NCBI GenBank assembly: GCA_035646775.1
Contig: DASROS010000159.1
Span: 1 to 57,682 of the forward strand
Direction: 5' to 3'
Origin: Thermoleophilaceae bacterium
GTDB taxonomy: Bacteria > Actinomycetota > Thermoleophilia > Solirubrobacterales > Thermoleophilaceae
Length of the DNA: 57,682 bases
A program made the translations under genes and the position numbers. A model generated the notes under the pieces. That model was not told the DNA's origin. It did no database searches and worked only from the letters and a program-made list of their open reading frames with translations. Positions 44,214 through 52,572 of this stretch are shown here, one piece after another; position 1 is the stretch's first letter; every line of letters begins with the position of its first letter.

Positions 44214-45560
44214 CTAGCGCACGCGGATGGCGGGCCCGGCCACGGGGCCGGACTTCACGCGATACGCGCCCGTCTTCAGCACCGCCGTGGAGAATCGCCC
44301 GCGGCGGTCAGTGCGCACACGGCCGGCCGGCCGCCAGCCCTTCCGCGTGCGGCGCTGCACGACCAGCCGCCTCGAGCGGGGAGCGGGGCTCACGGCGCCC
44401 TTGATCTGCGGTAGGGGCACCACGGACGCCGAGGCCCGCCTAGGGCTGCGCACCCGCGATGTGGACACCTTCGTGAAGAACGCCCAGGTGTCGTACAGAC
44501 CGAGCCGGGCCCGGATCTGCGGGCCGGTGAGGTCGAGCGTGCCGCGCGAGCCGTACACCCGCGCGCGCACGATGCGCGGCGAGTTGCCGCGCCTGAGGAC
44601 CGTGACCTTGCGGAACGTGCCGGGCGAGCCCAGCTTGGCGCCCAGCTGGCCTGTGGTGAAGCGGAACCTCCAGCGGTGCTTGGGCGAGATGTCATCGTAG
44701 GGGTCCGGCACGGACTTCAGCCACGGCTGCGGCGGGGCGCCCACGAACGAGTTCTCGATGTTCTCGGTGCGTCCGCCCGAGGTGGAGAAGAAGAAGGTGG
44801 TGGCGATGTCGCCGCCGTAGGTGACCACCTCGTTGGAGGTGGCGCGGATCGCGGAGTCTGTGCTGGAGCGCTCGCCCTGCACGCCGAGGTAGACCTGCGA
44901 GCGCGTGTCGGGATAGAGGTCGAACACCTCGCCGGACTTACGCGTGGCCAGTGCGTAGGTGCGCGCGGTGACGGCCTGGGCCTTGAGGGCCTCGGGGTGC
45001 CAGCTCGAAGGCATCTCGCCGGCCACCACGCCCTGCACGTAGGAGTCGATCGGCAGCGAGTTGATCGCGGTCACGCCGCCGGCGGCGCCCGCGCGAAGGA
45101 CCATCGTGCCGCGGTAGCTGCCCGAGCTCACGCCGTTGATCGCCGGCCCCAGCAGCCGGATCGAACCGCCGCCGGTGGCCTGGAGGGGCCCGGTGAACGT
45201 GCCCACGCCGGACACTCTCAGTCGCCCTCCGCGCGCCGGGCGAACCACCCGCACAGCGTTGGGGTTCACCCGCCGGCCGGCCACCTTCGTGGCGCCCGTG
45301 AAGCGCACGTACGGGTCGCTGGCCTGCAGCAACACGCGGACGGGCCGGCTTGGGGCGGTCCCGAGCTGGGTGCCGGTGTAGTAGTGACGCAGGATGCGCT
45401 GGTAGTCGAACCCCTGCAGGGCGTAGCCGTAGGCGCCGTACTGGCTCATCCCGATCCCGTGGCCGAAGCCCGCGCCGCGCACGATGTGGCGTGTGGCGGC
45501 GGAGGCGGCGGGGGCCGCGGCGAGCAGGAAGAGGGCTGTGATCGCTAGGAGTCGGCGCAT
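44214..45560 (-). CDS. SpoIID/LytB domain protein (lytic transglycosylase-like cell-wall enzyme)
   Basis: The internal ATG 45560 gives MRRLLAITALFLLAAAPAASA, a signal peptide. GFGHGIGMSQYGAYGYA, DSYVQGVVAGEMPSSWHPEALKAQAVTARTYA, FFSTSGGRTEN. Confidence 0.88.
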   Translation of the reverse strand: MRRLLAITALFLLAAAPAASAATRHIVRGAGFGHGIGMSQYGAYGYALQGFDYQRILRHYYTGTQLGTAPSRPVRVLLQASDPYVRFTGATKVAGRRVNPNAVRVVRPARGGRLRVSGVGTFTGPLQATGGGSIRLLGPAINGVSSGSYRGTMVLRAGAAGGVTAINSLPIDSYVQGVVAGEMPSSWHPEALKAQAVTARTYALATRKSGEVFDLYPDTRSQVYLGVQGERSSTDSAIRATSNEVVTYGGDIATTFFFSTSGGRTENIENSFVGAPPQPWLKSVPDPYDDISPKHRWRFRFTTGQLGAKLGSPGTFRKVTVLRRGNSPRIVRARVYGSRGTLDLTGPQIRARLGLYDTWAFFTKVSTSRVRSPRRASASVVPLPQIKGAVSPAPRSRRLVVQRRTRKGWRPAGRVRTDRRGRFSTAVLKTGAYRVKSGPVAGPAIRVR

Positions 45561-45629
45561 AGTGGTGCAGTCGGCGCTTGTGGTGAGAACCGTTAGGGGG
45601 CCGCAAGGTAGCGGTGCCGGAGACTCGCG

Positions 45630-45720
45630 GGAGGAGCGCAGCCGGATCGGTTCGGAGGAGCGCAGGCCGATCGTCGATCGGCCGAGCACCGCACGGATGG
45701 ATCTCCGGCGAGCACCGCAC
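45630..45720. repeat. two pairs of 12-bp perfect direct repeats upstream of spoIID
   Basis: GGAGGAGCGCAG at 45630-45641 and 45654-45665 (period 24). CGAGCACCGCAC at 45683-45694 and 45709-45720 (period 26). Both pairs lie in the 167-nt gap between the spoIID start and the cyclase stop. Confidence 0.6.
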
Positions 45721-45727
45721 CGATCCC

Positions 45728-47083
45728 TTACGGGCGGGCTGCGAACAGCCGCCACTCGCCGGGAACGCCCCTCAGCTCATGGGCTCCACGCTCCTCGAAG
45801 TCGATTCCCGATCCCACCACCAGGTCCTTCACGGTGCTCGACACGAGCACCTCCCCCGCCGTGGCCGTGGACATCACCCGGGCGCCGATGTGCACGGCCA
45901 TGCCGCCCACGTCGTCGCCGATCACCTCGCATTCGCCGGTGTGCAGGCCTGCGCGGATCTGGATGCCCAGCCCCTCGGCCCCCTCCCCGATCGAGGCCGC
46001 GGCACGGATCGCCCGGGCGGGGCCGTCGAAGGTGGCCAGCACGCCGTCGCCGGTCGACTTCACGGCGCGCCCCCGGTGACGGGTGAGCGCCTGGCGCACC
46101 AGCCGGTCGTGGCGCTCCAGCACCTCCCGCCAGGCGCGATCGCCCAGCTCGGCGGCTCGCTCGGTGGAGCGAACGATGTCGGTGAACAGCACGGTGGCCA
46201 GCACGCGGTCGGGCTCGCGCTCGTGGCGCGTGCCGGTCACGAACTCCTCGATCTCGCCAAGGATGGCGTCGCTGTCCCCTACGGAGAACAGACTGTCGGT
46301 GCCCTCCAGCTCCACGTAGCGCGCCCCCGGGATGTGCTCGCCCAGATAGCGCCCGTGCTCCACCATGAGGAAGGGGTCCTGAGTCCGGTGCATCACCAGC
46401 GTCGGCACGTTGATCGTGGGCAGCACCGGCCGCACGTCGGTGTGGCCCATCGCCTCCATGATCTGGCTGATGACGCCCGGGGACGCCGAGTAGCGCTCCA
46501 TTCTGCCCGCCCACTCCACGAACGCGGGATCGCCCATCCGGCTGGGGGCCAAGCCTGCGGGCACACCGCCGGAACCCCACTGCTCGATCGCCGCTTCGAC
46601 CCGAAGCCGACGCTCCTCGTCGCTGGGCGGCCAGTCGTAGTCGGGCGCCCACCGGGAGCGCGCGAAGGTTGCGTAGAGGATCAACCCGGAGACGCGATCG
46701 GGGTGGGTGGCGGCGAACAGCATCGCAAGCGGCCCCCCCTCCAGCGAGCCCATCAGGGTCGCCCGCTCTGATCCGGCTGCGTCCATCACGGCCAGCACGT
46801 CGTCCATCTGATCCTCGAGCGTGGGGAAGCCCAGCCATGGGTCCGACAGTCCCGCCCCGCGTCGATCGAAGGAGATCAGGCGGGCGAACGTGCACATGCG
46901 ACCCAGAAACGCAGCGATCGTCGGCTCCTCTGCCAGAACCTCGATCTGCCCGATCCAGGTGGGCACGTAGACGATGTCCTCGCTCGCCTCGCCCGCCACG
47001 TTGTAGGCGATGTGCAGCGCTCCGCTGCGGGTGTAGCGGGTGGTGTGGCCCACGCCACGAGGGTACTCGGGGGCCGCGGGCAC
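45728..47083 (-). CDS. alpha/beta hydrolase domain fused to class III adenylate/guanylate cyclase
   Basis: GTG start. N-terminal hydrolase-like half, then a cyclase homology domain: VLATVLFTDIVRSTERAAELGD, KSTGDGVLATFDGPARAI, IRAGLHTGECE, GGMAVHIGARV. Confidence 0.88.
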   Translation of the reverse strand: MPAAPEYPRGVGHTTRYTRSGALHIAYNVAGEASEDIVYVPTWIGQIEVLAEEPTIAAFLGRMCTFARLISFDRRGAGLSDPWLGFPTLEDQMDDVLAVMDAAGSERATLMGSLEGGPLAMLFAATHPDRVSGLILYATFARSRWAPDYDWPPSDEERRLRVEAAIEQWGSGGVPAGLAPSRMGDPAFVEWAGRMERYSASPGVISQIMEAMGHTDVRPVLPTINVPTLVMHRTQDPFLMVEHGRYLGEHIPGARYVELEGTDSLFSVGDSDAILGEIEEFVTGTRHEREPDRVLATVLFTDIVRSTERAAELGDRAWREVLERHDRLVRQALTRHRGRAVKSTGDGVLATFDGPARAIRAAASIGEGAEGLGIQIRAGLHTGECEVIGDDVGGMAVHIGARVMSTATAGEVLVSSTVKDLVVGSGIDFEERGAHELRGVPGEWRLFAARP

Positions 47084-47147
47084 GACTCTGCAGGCCCCTC
47101 GGTGAACTCAACCGCTGGGGCATTCGTGTCGATACGGCGAGAACGGC

Positions 47148-50100
47148 ATGGTAGGCCCGGCTCGAAGTCTCCCCCGACCCTCCGCAGCCACCCTTGGCGC
47201 GGCCGGCTTCGCCATCGCCTACTTCGGGCTCACCTGGTTCAGCTCGCTGTTCGTCCACGAGCCCGAGGGCATCGCGGGCATCTGGCCCGCGAGCGGCGTG
47301 GCGCTCGTGGCGATGCTCGTGACCGAGAGGAGGCTGTGGCCCGTGCTAGCGGCCATCGTGGTGGCGGCCAACATGGTCACGAACACGATGGCGGACATGG
47401 CGCTGCCGCCGGCGTTCGGGTTCTCGCTCGTGAACGCCGCGGAGCCCCTCGGGGTGGCCGCGGTACTCGCCGCGGGGGGCAGGGCCTTCCGCCTCGACCG
47501 CTCCCAGGAGGTGCTGCGCTTTATGAGCGCCGTGCTGCTGGGCGCGGCCGCCGCAGCCGTGGCCGGCGCGTTCCTCGCCGTCCTCGCCTTCGACGCACCC
47601 TGGGCCAGCACCTGGCGGCAGTGGCTGGTGGCGGACGCCCTCGGGATGATCGTGGCCGCGCCGGTGCTCGGCGCGCTACCGCTCTCCAGGCTCCGGTGGC
47701 CCGGGTGGCGCCCGCTCGCCGAACCGATCGCCGTCCTCTTCGCCACAGCGCTCGTCACGTTGTCGGTGTTCCGGGGCCAGGGCGCGCCCGACCTCGTCTC
47801 GGCCTGGCCCTACATGGTGTTCCCCCTGCTCGTGTACGCCGCGATGAGGCTGTCGCCGCCGGGCGCCGCCCTGGTGGCGCTCGAGGTTGCGCTGATCACG
47901 GTGCTCGCCACCCTGGCCGACCACGGGCCGTTCGCGCAGACCGGGATGGCCGCGGACGAGCAGATCCTCAACATGCAGCTCTTCCTCTCCCTGGCCGTGC
48001 TCTTCACGCTGCTCGTGTCGGCGGTGACCGGCGAGCGCACCAGCGCGCTGGCCGAGCTGGCCGACGCCGAGCGCCGCACCCGGCTCATCCTCGACACTGC
48101 GCAGCAGGCATTCGTGTCGGTGGACGCCGAGGACCGCATCGCGGACTGGAACCCGATGGCGGAGGAGGTCTTCGGCTGGAAGCGCGACGAGATCCTCGGG
48201 CGAACGGTGGCGGAGACGCTCGTCGCCGAGCACCGCCGCCCCGGCTACAGGCGCGCTTTCGCCGGCCTGCTGGGAGCCGGCGACAGCGCTCGTGGGAGCT
48301 TGCGCGAGGAGATGATGTGCATGCACCGTGACGGCCACGAGTTCCCGGTCGAGCTCACCGGGTCGCCGCTCGTGACCTCCGCGGGCTGGCGGATGAACTC
48401 CTTCGTCTCCGACATCTCGGACCGCAAGCGGGCGGAGGACGAGCTGCGCGCGAGCGAGACGCGCTTCCGCGCGCTGGCCACCCAGGCGCCCGGCGGGATC
48501 TATGAGACCCAGGCGGACGGCTGGTGCACGTTTGCGAGCGAGCGCTGGTGTGAGGTGGCCGGCTTGACCGCCGAGGAGGCGCTGGGCTACGGCTGGGCGA
48601 AGGCGATGCACCCCGACGACCTGCCGGCGGTGGTGGCCGGATGGCAGGAGGCCCGCGACAGCGAGCGCGACTTCAGCCTCGAGTATCGCCTCGTGCGCCC
48701 CAGCGGCGAGGTGCGCTGGGTGAACGGCACGGCGACGACGGTCAAGGACGAGGACGGCACCGTCACGGGCTTCATCGGCGTGGCGCTGGACGTGACCGAG
48801 CGCAAGCGCACCGAGACCGACGTGCGCCTTGCCGGCGAGATCGCGGCCAACATGGCCGAGGGCGTCTGCCTGGTGCGTCTCTCCGACGACAGGATCGTGT
48901 TCGCCAACCGCCGCTTCGAGCAGATCTTCGGCTACGAGATGGGCGAGCTGATCGGATGCAACGTGGACGTCCTGAACCCTCCCGGGGCGGAGGACCCGGT
49001 CGAGACGGCGGCCGAGATCCAGACGCAGGTGGCCGAGCGGGGCCACTGGCACGGCGACATCCACAACGTGCGCAAGGACGGGACCGCTTTCTGGACCCAG
49101 GGCAACGTGTCCACCTTCGACCATCCCGAGCACGGGGCCGTGTCGGTCGCGATCCAGTGGGACGTGACCGAGCAGAAGCAGGCCCAGGCCGAGGCACGCG
49201 ACGCCGAGGAGCGCTTCCGCAGGGCGTTCGAGGAGTCGCCGATCGGCGTGGCGCTCGCCTCGCTCGACGGCCGCTTCGCGCGGGTGAACCGGTCGCTGGC
49301 CGAGATGGTGGGCTACAGCGTGGAGGACCTGGAGGGTCGTGACTTCGCCGCCATCAGCCATCCCGACGACATCGGGCGCGACGAGCAGGCCCTGGCCGAG
49401 CTGGTGTCCGGCGGCCTGCAATCGCACAACAGTGAGACGCGGTTCGTGCACGCGAGCGGCCACCCGGTGTCGGTGGCGCTGAGCCTGAACCTGATCCGCA
49501 ACTCCGACGGCGAGCCATCGCACCTGCTGGCCCAGATGCAGGACGTGACCGACCGCAAGCGCTACGAGCAGAAGCTCCAGCACATGGCCGACCACGATCC
49601 GCTGACGGGCCTGCTCAACCGCCGCAGCTTCGAGCGCGAGCTCACGGCCCACGTGGCCCGCAGCGGCCGCTACGGCGCGGAGGGCGCGCTGCTCATGCTC
49701 GACATCGACAACTTCAAGTACGTGAACGACACGCTCGGCCACAACGCCGGCGACGCGATCATCGTGCGGGTGGCCCAGGCACTGCGGACCGCGCTCCGCG
49801 AGTCCGACGTGGTCGCTCGCCTCGGCGGCGACGAGTTCGCCGTGCTGCTCCCCAAGGCCGACATCCCCGCCGCGCGTGCGGTGGTGGACAACCTGCTCGC
49901 CGCCGTGCGCGGCCAGAGCGACAGCGCAAGCAAGCTCGGCCCGCGCGGCCTGTCGGCGAGCGTGGGCGTGGCGATTGTCACCGACACCGACGGGCTCACC
50001 GGCGAGGACCTCCTTGTGAACGCCGACCTGGCCATGTACGACGCCAAGGAGGCCGGCCGCGACCGGATGGCCGTCTACTCCTCCGAGGAGCGCAACGAGG

Positions 50101-50915
50101 CGCGTATGAAGGGGCGCGTGACCTGGGTGCAGCGGATCAGGTCGGCACTCGAGGAGGACCGCTTCTCGCTGCTTGCCCAGCCGATCGTTGACCTGTCCAC
50201 CGGGCGCGACGCCCAGTACGAGCTGCTGCTGCGCATGCGCAACGAGCGCGGCGACCTGATCCCGCCGGGTGCCTTCCTCTACATCGCCGAGCGGCTGGAC
50301 CTGGTGCAGGACATCGATCGCTGGGTGGCCGGCAGGGCGATCGACATGCTCGCCGAGCGTGAGCGGGCGGGCACGCCGCTCACGCTGGAGGTCAACCTCT
50401 CAGGCCGCTCGATCGGCGACGCCGACCTGCTCTCGTTCATCGAAGGCCGGCTGGCCGATACCGGGATCGACGCCTCCCGACTGATCTTCGAGATCACCGA
50501 GACGGCCGCCGTGTCGAACATCGCGACGGCGCGCGACTTCGCAGAGCACCTGTCCGAGATGGGCTGCCGCTTCGCGTTGGACGACTTCGGCGCCGGCTTC
50601 GGCTCGTTCTATTACCTCAAGCACCTGCCCTTCGACATCCTCAAGATCGATGGCGAGTTCGTGCGCAACTGCCGCACCTCGCACACCGACCGGCTGGTGA
50701 TCGGCGCGGTGGTGGAGATCGCAAAGGGCCTGGGCAAGGAGACGATCGGCGAGTTCGTGGGCGATGACGAGACCGCCCGCCTGCTCACCCGCCTCGGCGT
50801 GGACTACGGCCAGGGCTTCCACCTGGGTGAGCCCGCGCCGGTCGAGCAGCTGCTCAGCGCGCTCGACGCCGAGCCCGAGGCGCCCCGCGACCGACCCGAG
50901 ATCCGCTCCCGGTAG
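47148..50915 (+). CDS. MASE1 - multiple PAS - GGDEF - EAL signalling protein (c-di-GMP turnover)
   Basis: Polytopic N-terminus of MASE1 type (IAGIWPASGVALVAML). At least three PAS/PAC modules (DISDRKRAEDEL, LDVTERKRTE, QDVTDRKRYE junctions). GGDEF in ARLGGDEFAVLL. EAL domain with QYELLLR, EITE, DDFGAG, KIDG. Confidence 0.92.
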   Translation: MVGPARSLPRPSAATLGAAGFAIAYFGLTWFSSLFVHEPEGIAGIWPASGVALVAMLVTERRLWPVLAAIVVAANMVTNTMADMALPPAFGFSLVNAAEPLGVAAVLAAGGRAFRLDRSQEVLRFMSAVLLGAAAAAVAGAFLAVLAFDAPWASTWRQWLVADALGMIVAAPVLGALPLSRLRWPGWRPLAEPIAVLFATALVTLSVFRGQGAPDLVSAWPYMVFPLLVYAAMRLSPPGAALVALEVALITVLATLADHGPFAQTGMAADEQILNMQLFLSLAVLFTLLVSAVTGERTSALAELADAERRTRLILDTAQQAFVSVDAEDRIADWNPMAEEVFGWKRDEILGRTVAETLVAEHRRPGYRRAFAGLLGAGDSARGSLREEMMCMHRDGHEFPVELTGSPLVTSAGWRMNSFVSDISDRKRAEDELRASETRFRALATQAPGGIYETQADGWCTFASERWCEVAGLTAEEALGYGWAKAMHPDDLPAVVAGWQEARDSERDFSLEYRLVRPSGEVRWVNGTATTVKDEDGTVTGFIGVALDVTERKRTETDVRLAGEIAANMAEGVCLVRLSDDRIVFANRRFEQIFGYEMGELIGCNVDVLNPPGAEDPVETAAEIQTQVAERGHWHGDIHNVRKDGTAFWTQGNVSTFDHPEHGAVSVAIQWDVTEQKQAQAEARDAEERFRRAFEESPIGVALASLDGRFARVNRSLAEMVGYSVEDLEGRDFAAISHPDDIGRDEQALAELVSGGLQSHNSETRFVHASGHPVSVALSLNLIRNSDGEPSHLLAQMQDVTDRKRYEQKLQHMADHDPLTGLLNRRSFERELTAHVARSGRYGAEGALLMLDIDNFKYVNDTLGHNAGDAIIVRVAQALRTALRESDVVARLGGDEFAVLLPKADIPAARAVVDNLLAAVRGQSDSASKLGPRGLSASVGVAIVTDTDGLTGEDLLVNADLAMYDAKEAGRDRMAVYSSEERNEARMKGRVTWVQRIRSALEEDRFSLLAQPIVDLSTGRDAQYELLLRMRNERGDLIPPGAFLYIAERLDLVQDIDRWVAGRAIDMLAERERAGTPLTLEVNLSGRSIGDADLLSFIEGRLADTGIDASRLIFEITETAAVSNIATARDFAEHLSEMGCRFALDDFGAGFGSFYYLKHLPFDILKIDGEFVRNCRTSHTDRLVIGAVVEIAKGLGKETIGEFVGDDETARLLTRLGVDYGQGFHLGEPAPVEQLLSALDAEPEAPRDRPEIRSR

Positions 50916-50925
50916 ATTCCGCGCG

Positions 50926-52572
50926 GTGCCGCCCCGCCGCGCTTCCGATGTCTTCGTGCACTGCCTCGAGGCCGAGGGCGTGGAGCGCGTGTTCGGCATC
51001 CCGGGCGAGGAGACGCTCGATCTGAACGAGTCGCTCTCGCGCTCAAGCGTGGACTTCGTGCCCGTACGCCACGAGCAGGGAGGCGCCTACATGGCCGACG
51101 TGTACGGGCGCCTCACCGGCCAGGCCGGCGTCTGCCTCGGCACGCTCGGCCCCGGCGCGATGAACCTGGTCACCGGCGTGGCTGACGCCTTCCTCGACAG
51201 CGCCCCGCTGGTGGCGCTCACCGGCCAGGGCGACGTGGAGCGCATGCACAAGGAGTCGCACCAGTACATCGACGTGATGAGCGTGATGCAGCCGATCACG
51301 AAGTGGAACGCCCGTCTGAGCCACGCCCGGGTCATCCCCGAGGTGGTGCGCAAGGCGTTCAAGGTGGCGCAGGCCCAGAAGCCCGGCGCCACCCACATCG
51401 AGCTGCCCGAGGACGTGATGGCGGCCGACCTGGACGCCGAGCCGCTGCCGGCGCCGTCGCAGGTGCGCAGCCCCGAGGCATCCGACGAGGAGCTGGCCCG
51501 GGCCGCCAAGCTGATCGACAGTGCCGACAGCCCGGTGATCCTGGCCGGCAACGGCGCCGTGCGGGTGGGCGCCGCGCCGGCCTTGCGTCGCTTCGCCGAG
51601 GCCACCGGCATCCCGGTTGCCGAGACCTTCATGGGCAAGGGCCTGATCGACAACTCCGAGCCACTGTCGCTGGGCGCGGTGGGGCTGCAGTCGGGCGACT
51701 ACGACATGGCCGGCTTCGACAAGGCGGACGTGGTCATCTGCGTGGGCTTCGACCTGGTCGAGCATTCGCCCGAGCACTGGAACCCCGATCGCGACAAGCG
51801 GATCGTCTACATCGACACGGTCTCCACCGAGGTCGACGAGTACTTCGTGACCGAGGTGGACCTCGTTGGGGACGTGAACCGCATCCTCGACCGCCTGGCC
51901 CACGACTGCGGCGTGAGCGCGGGCAGCGGCGGCTCACACCGTCTGCGCGACGTGGTGCTGGGGCGGTTCGAGGCGGCGAAGGACGACGACCACTTCCCCG
52001 TGCAGCCCCCGCGGGCGCTGTACGAGATCCGCCAGGCACTCGGGCGCGAGGACATCCTCATCTCCGACGTGGGCCTGCACAAGCTGTGGATCGGGCGCAT
52101 GTTCCCCGCCTATGAGCCCAACACCGTGCTGATCGCCAACGGCCTCGCGGGCATGGGCTTCGCCGTGCCCGCGGCGATCGCCGCGAAGCTCGTGCACCCC
52201 GACCGCAAGGTCGTGGCGGTGAACGGCGACGGCGGCTTTCTCATGAACTGCCAGGAGCTGGAGACCGCGGTGCGACTGAAGACACCGTTCGTGACGGTGA
52301 TCTGGGAAAACCACCAGTACGGGTCGATCGTGTGGAAGCAGGACAAGAAGTTCGGCAACCACTTCGGCACCGACTTCACAAACCCCGACTTCGTGAAGCT
52401 CGCCGACAGCTTCGGCATGCCGGCCTGGCGCTGCGAGTCGGCCGAGGACTTCGGCACCCGGCTGCGCCACGCGCTCACCCTCGACGGGCCCTCCCTGGTG
52501 GTCCTGCCGATCGACTACTCGATCGACGTTGCGATCTCCGAAGAGCTGGGTACGGAGACGGTGGCTACCTGA
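50926..52572 (+). CDS. thiamine-diphosphate enzyme of the acetolactate synthase (AlsS-like) family
   Basis: In-frame GTG 50926 lies just after the upstream stop. VFGIPGEETL, RHEQGGAYMADVYGRLTG, GPGAMNLVTGVA, and the TPP motif in GDGGFLMNCQELET. Confidence 0.85.
   Translation: MPPRRASDVFVHCLEAEGVERVFGIPGEETLDLNESLSRSSVDFVPVRHEQGGAYMADVYGRLTGQAGVCLGTLGPGAMNLVTGVADAFLDSAPLVALTGQGDVERMHKESHQYIDVMSVMQPITKWNARLSHARVIPEVVRKAFKVAQAQKPGATHIELPEDVMAADLDAEPLPAPSQVRSPEASDEELARAAKLIDSADSPVILAGNGAVRVGAAPALRRFAEATGIPVAETFMGKGLIDNSEPLSLGAVGLQSGDYDMAGFDKADVVICVGFDLVEHSPEHWNPDRDKRIVYIDTVSTEVDEYFVTEVDLVGDVNRILDRLAHDCGVSAGSGGSHRLRDVVLGRFEAAKDDDHFPVQPPRALYEIRQALGREDILISDVGLHKLWIGRMFPAYEPNTVLIANGLAGMGFAVPAAIAAKLVHPDRKVVAVNGDGGFLMNCQELETAVRLKTPFVTVIWENHQYGSIVWKQDKKFGNHFGTDFTNPDFVKLADSFGMPAWRCESAEDFGTRLRHALTLDGPSLVVLPIDYSIDVAISEELGTETVAT

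Noticed and set aside
45561-45727. c-di-AMP (ydaO-type) riboswitch upstream of the SpoIID cell-wall gene
   Set aside because: This riboswitch class often precedes cell-wall genes in Actinobacteria and has pseudo-two-fold symmetry, so I read the minus strand for its conserved blocks (GGGGACCC-like, GUGAAUC-like, ACCUCG-like). None is present. Only simple direct repeats were found.
47676-49742. 688-aa minus-strand ORF
   Set aside because: It is entirely antisense to the MASE1-PAS-GGDEF-EAL gene. It has Arg/Gly/His-rich composition, no motifs and no room for a second gene.
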